From: Planctomycetota bacterium
GTDB taxonomy: Bacteria > Planctomycetota > UBA1135 > UBA2386
Assembly: GCA_016235155.1 (NCBI GenBank)
Contig: JACRLW010000056.1
Span: 4,005-68,004 of the forward strand
Direction: 5' to 3'
DNA: 64,000 nt
Shown: in pieces, positions 46,382 to 54,566 of the stretch
Numbering within the stretch: position 1 is the first letter of the stretch
How the letters are laid out: each line of letters opens with the position of its first letter
The notes under the pieces: model-generated
Database searches by the model: none
Told to the model about the DNA's origin: nothing
Seen by the model: only the letters and a program-made list of their open reading frames with translations
Made by a program: the position numbers and the translations under genes

Positions 46382-48482
46382 GGACGAACACGACGCACGA
46401 CGGAGCGCGACGCCCCGCACCGCGCGAGCGGCGCTGATCTCGGCCGCACTCGCCGCGGGTGCAAGGGGTTCGGAACAGGATCCCGTCGCCGCGTGCCGCG
46501 CCGCGCTGCACTCGCCGGACCCGGCGGTCGCGCTCGCCGCCGCGCTGCGTGCGGATCCGGCCTGGCTGGACGTCGCCGAGCAGCGGCGGATGGTCGCGCT
46601 CGCCCTGCCGCACGCGCTGACCGCGCCGTCGCCCTTCGACTTCGAGCGCTTCCGCGACGCGCTGATCCCGTCGGACGTCTCGCGCGAGCTGATCCTCGAC
46701 GCGCCGCTGCCCCGTGTGGTGACCGAGCACCTCGGCATGGTGCATCGCGCGCTGCGACCCGAGCACGCCGCGTTGCTCGCGCACGCCACGCGCTCCGACG
46801 ACTGGCCCCTGCGGCGCGACGCGATTCGCTACCTCGCGGTGGTTGCGAACGGCAGCGGCGCGGCGCGCGAGACCGTCGCGCTCGCGATCCTCGCGTGGAA
46901 CGAAGCGGCGCAGGATCCGGGCGACGTCGATCCTCTCGAATGGCCGGTGCCCGCGCGTGCGCTCCGCGTGGCGATCGAAGACCCGCGCGACGGTCTGCCG
47001 CCGACGCTCCGCGCGGCGCTCCGCCGGCTGTGGTTCGAACCCTGCGGCGACGAACTCCGCGCGTTCGGGCCGTTCCTGCGCCGCTGGTTGCTCGCGGCGC
47101 GCGCGAGCGTCGACGACGTCGGATTGCTCGGCGAGGCCAGCGCCCACGAGGACGTCGAACTGCGCCGTGCCGCGACCGCCGCGCTCACGAAGGTGATCGC
47201 CCCCACGAGCGAGGCGCGGTTGCGCGAGATCGCCTCGCACGACGCCGACGCGCTCGTCGCCGCGATCGCGCGCGGCGCGCTGGCGCGTGCGGGCGACGGC
47301 GACGCACGCGAGCGCGTGTTCCGCGACGCCGGGCACGGCGATGCGGCGGCCGTCGCCGCTTGCCTCACCCTCGATCCCGTCGCGTGCGCCGCGTTCGGCG
47401 CTGAAGCGATCGCGGCGGCGTTCGATCCCGATCTGCGCGCGTACTTCCCGCTCGACGGCGACATCGAGCGCGATCTCGCGCGCGGTCTCGCTGCGCGAAC
47501 CATGCCGCCGGAGGACCTGGCGCTCCTGCTGGAGAACGTCCCCGGACTGCGCACGGCGACCCTGCGGACTCGCCTGCTCGAGTCGCTGCCGCTCGGAGCC
47601 CTCACGCTCGATCTCGCGCCGATCCTCGAACTCACCGACGCCGACGCGCTGCGCGCGCGCCTGCGCGCCGCCGGCAACCCGGCGTCCGACGAGCTCGCGG
47701 ACCTGCGCCTGCGGCTCGGCGATCCGAGCGACGGGCCGACGCTGCTCGCGATCGCGCGCGCGCACGCTCTCGATCCATGCCTGCTCGCGCGCTCGGCGTC
47801 GCAGAAGCTCGCGGCGTCGCTGCACGCGGCGTTCGGTTCGGCGAACGCGGAGCGCCTGCCCTACGCCCTGGCCGCGGTGCTCGGCGTCGACGAGCGGCTC
47901 GCGATCGCCCTCGCGGACGAGGCCGAGGAACTCGAGGACGACGAGCGCGCGCGCCGGGCCGCCGTCCTGTCGCGCTGCGCGGATGCCGGGCAAGCGCGCG
48001 CCGCGGTCGTCTCGATCCTCGCCGCGCGGCCGATTGCGACTCCCGTCCTGCGCGGCACGTGGACGCTGTGCGCAGAGACCCCGGTGCGGTCCTGGCTCGA
48101 GCGTCGTCGCGACGCGCGCGAGCTCGGCGGCCACGCCGATGCCGTCGCCGCGCTCGCGCTCGGCGGCGACGAGCCGGCTCGCGAGGAACTGCGCTCCGCC
48201 TTCGCACTCGAGCTCTACCCGTGGTTCGACGACCTGCCGCACGAAGTGCTCGGCGTCGACGGCGTTCCGCCCGATCCGTCGCGCTGGTGGCGCGCGCTCG
48301 ACGGCAACTGCTGCAGCTTCGCCGCGATCGCGTCGCGGCTCGAGGACTGGTACGCGATCGACGCGTTCCGCCGCGAGGATGGACCGCGCAGCCGTACGGA
48401 CGTCCTTCGCGACGTCTTCACACGGCACGCGGGCGAGTGGCGGTACAGCGTGATCCTCGGGAAGTTCGTCGTGATCCGCTGA
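46380..48482 (+). CDS. Hypothetical HEAT/ARM-like helical repeat protein
   Basis: ORF 46380..48482. GC3-rich codons and Ala/Leu/Asp-rich helical repeats ('ELRRAATAALTKV', 'DADALVAAIARGALARAGDGDA'). The opposite 1195-aa ORF is an Arg/Gly shadow. The start is doubtful: its ATG overlaps the divergent gene's ATG. Confidence 0.5.
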   Translation: MDEHDARRSATPRTARAALISAALAAGARGSEQDPVAACRAALHSPDPAVALAAALRADPAWLDVAEQRRMVALALPHALTAPSPFDFERFRDALIPSDVSRELILDAPLPRVVTEHLGMVHRALRPEHAALLAHATRSDDWPLRRDAIRYLAVVANGSGAARETVALAILAWNEAAQDPGDVDPLEWPVPARALRVAIEDPRDGLPPTLRAALRRLWFEPCGDELRAFGPFLRRWLLAARASVDDVGLLGEASAHEDVELRRAATAALTKVIAPTSEARLREIASHDADALVAAIARGALARAGDGDARERVFRDAGHGDAAAVAACLTLDPVACAAFGAEAIAAAFDPDLRAYFPLDGDIERDLARGLAARTMPPEDLALLLENVPGLRTATLRTRLLESLPLGALTLDLAPILELTDADALRARLRAAGNPASDELADLRLRLGDPSDGPTLLAIARAHALDPCLLARSASQKLAASLHAAFGSANAERLPYALAAVLGVDERLAIALADEAEELEDDERARRAAVLSRCADAGQARAAVVSILAARPIATPVLRGTWTLCAETPVRSWLERRRDARELGGHADAVAALALGGDEPAREELRSAFALELYPWFDDLPHEVLGVDGVPPDPSRWWRALDGNCCSFAAIASRLEDWYAIDAFRREDGPRSRTDVLRDVFTRHAGEWRYSVILGKFVVIR

Positions 48483-48523
48483 GTCGCGCGGCCCGCACCG
48501 GCCCGCCATGATCCCCGCCCCGG

Positions 48524-51500
48524 ATGGCCCCGCCGCACGACCTGGACCTCGCGCGCATCCGTCGCCGGCTCGGCGACGCATTCGAGCTGTTCGAGGTGCT
48601 CGGCGCCGGGGCGTCGGGCGCGGTGTTGAGGGCGCGCACGCGGAACGACGCGTACGGCGCGCCGGCCGGCAGCGACGTGGCGGTGAAGGTCCTGCGCGAG
48701 GAACTCGCGCGCGACGAGACGGCCCGCGCGACGCTGATCCGCGAGGCCGAGCTCGGCCGGCGGGTGCGCGACCCTCACGTCGTCGCGATCCTCGGCACGG
48801 GCGAACTCGACGATGAACATGGCCCGCTGCTGTTCCTGGTCAGCGAACTCGTGCGCGGACGCTCGCTCCGCGGGCGCATCCAGGCGCACGGCGCGGTGGT
48901 CGGCGATCTCGCGCGACGCATCGCGGAGCACACCTGTCTCGCGCTCGCCGCGCTCCACGAGGCGGGGATCGTCCACCGCGACGTGAAGCCGGAGAACCTG
49001 CTCGTCACCGACGGCGACGCCGAGGTGCGGCTCGCGGATCTCGGGCTCGCGCGCGCCGACGACGGGCCGTCGCCTCTCGGGAGCAGCTCCGGATTCCACG
49101 GCAGCCTCGCCTACGCGGCGCCCGAGCTGCTGACCGGCGGCGCGGCGACGGCGGCGAGCGACCTGTACGCGCTCGGCGTCGTGCTGTTCGAACTGCTCAC
49201 AGGGCGCCATCCGTTAGCCGGCGCGCGCGACGCGGACTCCTTGATCCGCGCCCAGCTGCACGACGCACCGCCGCGCGCGTCGCACCTCGAACCGCGCGTG
49301 TCGGCCTTCCTCGAGACGATGGTGCAGGAGCTCCTCGCGAAGGACAAAGCGGCCCGGCCGCAGCCCGCGCGCGACGTCGCCGCGATCTTCGCGCAGGGTG
49401 AGGCTTCGCCGTTCTGGCGCGAGCGCGAGGCACGGGCCCCGGCTCTGGCGTCGCGCCGCCGTCTGCTCGCGTTGCAGCGCACGCGCCACTGCGCCTTCGT
49501 CGACCGCACGGCGGAGGCGGCGCGTCTCGACGCCGCGTTCGCCGACGCCTGCGCCGGTCGCGGCCGTTCGATCGTCGTCGTCGGCCACGCGGGTTGCGGG
49601 CGGCGTCGCCTCCTCGGGTTCGATCGTCGTCGTCGGCCACGCGGGTTGCGGGCGGCGTCGCCTCCTCGGCGAACGCATCGGCAACTGGCTCGACGCCCGC
49701 GGCGACGTGGTCTTCCTCGGCGGCATCGCGGAGAACGAGCCGACGACCCGCTTCGGCGCGCCGTTCCCCAGGATGATCTGCGAGGTCCTTCTCGAAGGCG
49801 AACGCGAGGACGCGCCGCGCGCGCGCGAGCGCATCGCCGAGCGCGCGAAGGACCAGCTCGGCTTCGATGCCGAGGACTCGTTGCTCCTCGCGGAACTCTG
49901 TGCCGGCGACGCGCGGAAGATCAGCGCCGACCGCGGCTCGCGCGCCGACCTGCTCGCACGCGCGCTGGCGCGGATCGCGGCGCGCGGCGGACCGCTGGTC
50001 GTGCGCATCGACCGCTCCGACGACGCCAACTCCACCGCGGTGCGCGTGATCGAGCTGCTGATGCAGCGCTCGGTCGCGATGCACCTCCTCCTGCTGCTCG
50101 TGCGCACCAAGCCCTGGGACGGCGCCGTGCGTCCTGACGAGGAGATCGAGATCGGACCGCTGCCGCGCGAGGACTTCGTCGAACTCGCGCGGCGACTGTT
50201 CCGCGGGCGCGACGTCGACGAGCGCCTGATCGCCGACGCGCACGACGCGCTGGACGGGCAGCCGCGCGCACTGATCGAATGCCTCGAAGAGCTGGTGGCG
50301 GACGGCCGTCTCGCCGGCAGGCCCGGCGACTTCTTCGCGCTCGCGCCGACGGTCCTCGAACTGCGCCCCGCGCGCCCGATGCTGCACCGCGTGCGCGCGC
50401 GCATCGCGGCGCTGCCGCAGGCGCAGCGTCACGTGCTGCTCGCCGCCGCGGTGCTCGGCGACCGCTTCGAACTCGCCGACGTCGAAGCGCTGACCGGTCG
50501 CCCCGCGCTCGAGGTCCTCGACAGCCTCGGCGCGTTCGACAACCGGGTGGCGGGCATCGAAGGCGGCGAGGGCCGCTTCCGTCATCGCGAGTACCGCCTC
50601 GCGACGCTCGCGACCGTGCCGCCCGCCGCGCTGCGCGCCTTGCATCGCGACGCGGCGTGGGTCCGCGAGGATCGCGGCGCTCCGCCGTTCGAGGTCGGCA
50701 TGCACCTCTCGCGCGCGATGGAGCACGAGGCGTGCCTCGATCCACTGCTGCTCGGCCTCGACAACCTCGTGCGCGCCAGCGCGCGGCGCGCGGCCGTGCG
50801 ACTCGTCGAGCGACTGCATCTCCACCTCAACCGCCTGCCGCGCACGCCGGTGAACCTCGAGCGCCGTCTGCGCTGGCTGCTGCTCGCCGGTCGCTCCTGG
50901 CTCCTGCTCGACGACGAGGAGCGCGCCACGCGCTCGTTCAAGAAGGCGGTGCTGATCGCGATCCACGTGCAGCGGCCGCGCGAGCACGCCGAAGCGCTCG
51001 CCGGGCTCGCCGAACTCGCGCAGCTCCATTCGCGCTGGTTCGCCGCGATCCAGCTGCTGACCGCCGCCGATGCGTTGCTCGTCGACCTTCACGACGACGC
51101 GGCGCGCGCGGTCCGCACGCGGGTGTTGATGATCCACGCGCGCGTCCTCGCCTACCTCGGCGACGCGCAGCAGGCGCTCAAGCTCGCGGGTCAGGCGCTG
51201 CGCTCGCTGCCGCCGGGTCACGACGCGCTCGAAGCGCACCTGCGCATCGACTACGCGCGCTGGCTCGCGCTGCGGCTCCATCTCGTGCGCGCGATCGGCG
51301 AGCTCGACCGTGCGCGCGAACTCGCCCACCGTTGCGGCGACACCTATGCCGAAGCGCGCGTGCACCTCCACCGCGGCCGCAACCTCGGCATGCTCGGCGA
51401 GACGAAGGCCGCGCGCGCCGAACTGCGCGCCGCGCACGATCTCGCGGTCCGCATCGGCGACGCCCGCACGCGCGGTCGCGCGCGCCTCTTCGAAGCGGAA

Positions 51501-51935
51501 CTCGAGGTCTTCGTCGGCCGCGCCGAACGCACCAACGCCCTGCTCGAAGACGCCCTGCGCGAGGCCGAGATCGCCAGCGACGACGTGATGGCCGGCCATG
51601 CACGCGCCTGCCTGCTGCTCGCCGAACCGTCGCGGGAGCTGCCCGCGGAACCCGAGCGCATCGGCGCCCCGCTCGCCGACGTCATGCATCTGCTCGCGCA
51701 CGCGTTGCGGAAGCGTCGCGACGGCGACGAGCCCGGATCGAAACGGCTCCTGCGCGAAGCCTGCGCTCTCGAACACCGCGCGCGCGTCGTCCTCCCCCTG
51801 CGGCTCTTCCTCCTCCGCGCCGCCGACCGCGAGCTGGCCGCCGACAAGCTCGTCGCCGTCGCCATCGAGCGCATGCCGGCGGAGCATCGCAAGCGCTTCC
51901 TCGCCTGGGCGGAGCGGGTGCGGGTGCGGGGGTGA
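48524..51935 (+). pseudogene. Ser/Thr protein kinase - AAA_16-like NTPase - TPR/helical repeat protein, frameshifted by a 52-bp tandem duplication
   Basis: ORF 48524..50137 carries the kinase motifs 'VAVKVL', 'HRDVKPENLL', 'DLG', 'YAAPE', then '..GRGRSIVVVGHAGCGRRRLLG' before the frame is lost. ORF 49398..51935 re-reads 'GSIVVVGHAGCGRRRLLGERIGNWL..' and continues ~770 aa of sensible helical/TPR-like sequence. Removing one repeat copy gives a single ~1119-aa ORF. Confidence 0.8.
49566..49669. repeat. Exact 52-bp tandem duplication (2 copies)
   Basis: gttcgatcgtcgtcgtcggccacgcgggttgcgggcggcgtcgcctcctcgg occurs at 49566-49617 and again at 49618-49669. Both ORF-track translations confirm it. Confidence 0.9.
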
Positions 51936-51987
51936 GGGCGAGGGCGAGGGGCTTCCGCCATCGGGCGCTACCATCCTCCGCCACGCG

Positions 51988-52281
51988 ATGAAGCCGTTGT
52001 CCGAGGACCTCGACGACCCGCACGCACAGCCCTACTTCATCTGGGACGTGCCGATCACGGTGCGCGAACTGAAGGACATCCTCGCGGGCGAGGACGACGC
52101 CACGACCGCGCTGTGGACGGCGCGCGTCATGCGAGAAGCGCGCTATCCGGACGTGTGGCGCTTTCTGACGCTCGACCAGGTCGTCCGGCGCCACTCCCGT
52201 GCGGAGCGCCACCTCGGTCGTCGCCGCCGCTTCTGGAAGTTCCTGCTCGAAGGATGGCGCGCGGATGGACTGCTCCCCTGA
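51988..52281 (+). CDS. Small AbiEi-C-terminal-like (antitoxin-like) protein, 97 aa
   Basis: Tail of ORF 51598..52281, from ATG 51988 (MKPLSEDLDDPHAQPYFIWDVPITVRELKDIL..). The pattern 'F(I)WDV....L......ARV(M)REA...DVW.FL.L..V......HLGRRRRFWKFLLEGW' resembles partners of AbiEii-type nucleotidyltransferases. Overlaps the next ORF by 17 nt. Confidence 0.55.
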   Translation: MKPLSEDLDDPHAQPYFIWDVPITVRELKDILAGEDDATTALWTARVMREARYPDVWRFLTLDQVVRRHSRAERHLGRRRRFWKFLLEGWRADGLLP

Positions 52282-52507
52282 TCGCCTGACCGGACTGCAG
52301 CGCGCGCTGCTCGCGGCGTTCTTCGCGCGCGAGCAGCGCTTCGTCCTGACCGGCGGCGCCGCGCTCGGCGGTTTCTGACCCCACCACCGCGTCAGCCAGG
52401 ATCTCGATCGCTTCGCGCGCAACCCGCTCGATCTCGATCGCTATCGCGCGAGGCTCGTGCGCCGCTTGCGGCGCATGGCGCTGCCGCGCGACGGATCGAG
52501 CGCGTGA
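52265..52507 (+). pseudogene. AbiEii/AbiGii-like nucleotidyltransferase toxin remnant (in-frame TGA, truncated)
   Basis: My translation: MDCSPDRLTGLQRALLAAFFAREQRFVLTGGAALGGF*PHHRVSQDLDRFARNPLDLDRYRARLVRRL..*. It matches the family N-terminus (..LTGGTAL..FYL.HR.S.DLD.F) with TGA at 52376-52378 where an aromatic residue is expected. It stops after 80 codons, whereas family members as I recall them run to a few hundred aa. Confidence 0.6.
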
Positions 52508-52596
52508 CCGAGGGCTGAGCGTCGACCGGCACGCGCAAGCGCAGCGGTGCGGTCGACATGCGTAGCGCGCGAAGGCGCCACGCCGACCGACCACGG

Positions 52597-52623
52597 GCAC
52601 GAAGTGGCGCATTGCGCCACCCC
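52597..52623. repeat. Copy C of 27-nt element GCACGAAGTGGCGCATTGCGCCACCCC
   Basis: Identical over 27 nt to copy D. Contains the perfect palindrome GTGGCGCA-T-TGCGCCAC (52604-52620). Lies between convergent ends 52507 (+) and 52675 (-). Position confirmed through ORF 52547..52810 ('HEVAHCATP'). Confidence 0.9.
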
Positions 52624-52674
52624 GCGCCGCTCCGGTTCCGCGAGGCACGCCTCGATCCACGCGGGCTTGCGAGA

Positions 52675-53010
52675 TCACTCCGTCGAGCGCCGGTTCGCGC
52701 TCGCGGAAGCGATCTCGTCCTGCGCGAGCAACTCTTCCACCACGCGCGGCGACGCCTGCACGACGAACGAGCCGAGGCTCGGGAACACGTGCCAGTCCTC
52801 CACGCGCTAGCCGCTCGCCTTCTCCACGCGCGCGAGCAGTTCGCGCACCGTCGCCTGCGTCTCCTCCGCGACGGGCGCGCGGGAGCGCGCGGGCATCGTC
52901 GCGGACTTCAGGAAGAAGACGACCTGCACCGAACGCTTGGCCGCGGTCGCGGCTTCGAGCTGCTTTCGCAGCTCGGGGTCCTTGCCTTTGGAGTTCGAGT
53001 GCTTGGGCAC
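52675..53010 (-). pseudogene. Stand-alone subtilisin-propeptide (I9)-like mini-protein interrupted by in-frame TAG
   Basis: ORF 52807..53010 (MPKHSNSKGKDPELRKQLEAATAAKRSVQVVFFLKS..TVRELLARVEKASG) ends at TAG 52807-52809. The same frame continues RVEDWHVFPSLGSFVVQASPRVVEELLAQDEIASASANRRSTE* with strongly GC3-biased codons. The two halves together mimic the beta-alpha-beta-beta-alpha layout of the adjacent S8 gene's own N-terminal region. Confidence 0.5.
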
Positions 53011-53061
53011 GTCCGATCGTGGTTCGACGGCGCGGAAGTCTACGCGCGGGACGGCGCAGCG

Positions 53062-54384
53062 TCAGGATCGCAGCACGCGCAGCGCTTGCACGGCGTCGGG
53101 GATGCCGCGGTTGCCGCGCTGCTGCGGCATGCCCGAGGGCCGCTTGCACGATTGGAAGATGGCGCGCTCGACCTCGGCGACGGACCGCGTCGGCTCGGCT
53201 TGGATCAACAGCGCCGCGAGACCGGCGACATGCGGCGTGGCCATCGACGTGCCGTCCATGCTCTGCCAGCCACCGCCCGGCGCCGCGGAGATCACGTCGA
53301 CGCCCGGCGCGACCAGGTCCGGCACGATCGCCGCCTTCTTGCGCTTGAAGCGCTGGCTGCTCGAGAAGTCCGCGACGGCGGACGCATCGTCGTGGGCCCC
53401 GACCGAGAGCGCGTCGACGTAGTTGCCCGGCGAGCGGCTCGTGCCCGGCCCTTCGTTCCCGACCGCGAAGACCGGCAGCACGCGATTCGCGCGCAGGATG
53501 CGCGTCAGCATCACGAAGTCGTCCCACCAACCGCGGAAGCCCAGCGACATGCTGAGCACGCGCACGCCCTGGCCGAGCGACCAGTCCATTCCACCGAGCA
53601 CGCGCGCGACGACGTCGCCGCCTTCGATCACGACCGCGCTCGCAAGCTTCGCCTCCGGCGCGACTCCGACGTGCCGGCCGCTGACCGCCCGCCCCGCGAT
53701 CGTCGCCGCGGTGTGCGTGCCGTGATCGTCCGTGTCGAAGGGCTTGGGCGCCGGGGTCACCTCGCGGCCGAGGTCGTCGAACTCGGCGAAGCCCGCGATC
53801 GCCGTGCGCAGGGCCGGGTGTGCACCGTCGACGCCCGTGTCGAGGTGGCCGACGAGGACGCCCTCGCCGCGCAGGCCCTCGTTCTTCCACAGCTCGGGCA
53901 CCTTCATCGCTTCGATGCCCCAGGTCGTCTTCGCCGCAAGCTTCGCCGCGGCCTTCGCCGCCGGACGGATCAGGCTGAACGTCGGCGCGCCGGTGACCTT
54001 CGCGACCCGGGCGTCCGCGCGCAGCGCCGCGATGCCCTCCTTCGACGCAGTGCCGAGCATGATCCCGAGCCGGGGATAGACGCGGACCTGCGGAACCTCG
54101 CCGCGCCCGGCGCCGGCCTTCGCCACGCCGCTGCGCACGGCCGCGCGCAACGCGCGCCCTTCGCCCGCCGCGAGCCCGAGTTCGCTGGCCTGGCTGAGTT
54201 CACTGCTCCTGAAGTGCCTGGCGAGATCGCCGGCGGACGAGCTGCCGCGGGCCGGCGCGGCGCCGGTCGCGGCGAAGGCCGCGGCGCCCGCGGTCGCGGC
54301 GGCGCCGGACTCGGCGCCGCGCAAGAAGACGAGAACCTGCGCGACTCCGCGCGCGGAGAGCTCCTGTTGGATGATCGACGACAT
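53062..54384 (-). CDS. S8 (subtilisin-like) serine peptidase, no signal peptide, with N-terminal propeptide-like region
   Basis: Last 440 codons of ORF 53062..55026, from MSSIIQQELSARGVAQVLVFLRG (ATG 54382-54384, GGAG 7 nt upstream). Triad contexts 'VGHLDTGVD', 'HGTHTAATIAG', 'GTSMATPHVAGLAALL'. Confidence 0.85.
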   Translation of the reverse strand: MSSIIQQELSARGVAQVLVFLRGAESGAAATAGAAAFAATGAAPARGSSSAGDLARHFRSSELSQASELGLAAGEGRALRAAVRSGVAKAGAGRGEVPQVRVYPRLGIMLGTASKEGIAALRADARVAKVTGAPTFSLIRPAAKAAAKLAAKTTWGIEAMKVPELWKNEGLRGEGVLVGHLDTGVDGAHPALRTAIAGFAEFDDLGREVTPAPKPFDTDDHGTHTAATIAGRAVSGRHVGVAPEAKLASAVVIEGGDVVARVLGGMDWSLGQGVRVLSMSLGFRGWWDDFVMLTRILRANRVLPVFAVGNEGPGTSRSPGNYVDALSVGAHDDASAVADFSSSQRFKRKKAAIVPDLVAPGVDVISAAPGGGWQSMDGTSMATPHVAGLAALLIQAEPTRSVAEVERAIFQSCKRPSGMPQQRGNRGIPDAVQALRVLRS

Positions 54385-54566
54385 GTTCGTGCTCCAAGGC
54401 TGCGGCCCGAGGACGTGAGTGGGCCGCAAGGTATGAAGCGAACGAGCGGGGTGCCGTCCGCCACAATTCTTCGGCGAGGCATGTAACGTCTCGGCCCCCT
54501 GCCCTGGTGAAGAGGCAGGACGGCCGGTCCGCGCCGGCCAGCGCACGGCTTCGAACGAGCAAACCC
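54385..54566. promoter_or_regulatory. Shared divergent upstream region of the S8 peptidase and CHAT-STAND genes
   Basis: 182-nt non-coding gap between divergently oriented start codons, so it must hold both promoters. No specific motif identified. Confidence 0.4.

Noticed and set aside
46379-46382. Divergent genes whose start codons overlap (CATG at 46379-46382)
   Set aside because: This leaves no room for promoters. More likely the true start of the HEAT-like ORF (weak GC3 in its first ~30 codons) or of the hydrolase lies further in. It is an annotation ambiguity rather than biology.
52376-52378. In-frame TGA in the AbiEii-like ORF as a selenocysteine codon (selC is present in the window)
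   Set aside because: The position aligns with an ordinary aromatic residue of the family. The ORF is also truncated ~40 codons later, and no SECIS-like hairpin was evident. A nonsense mutation in a decaying gene is far more likely.
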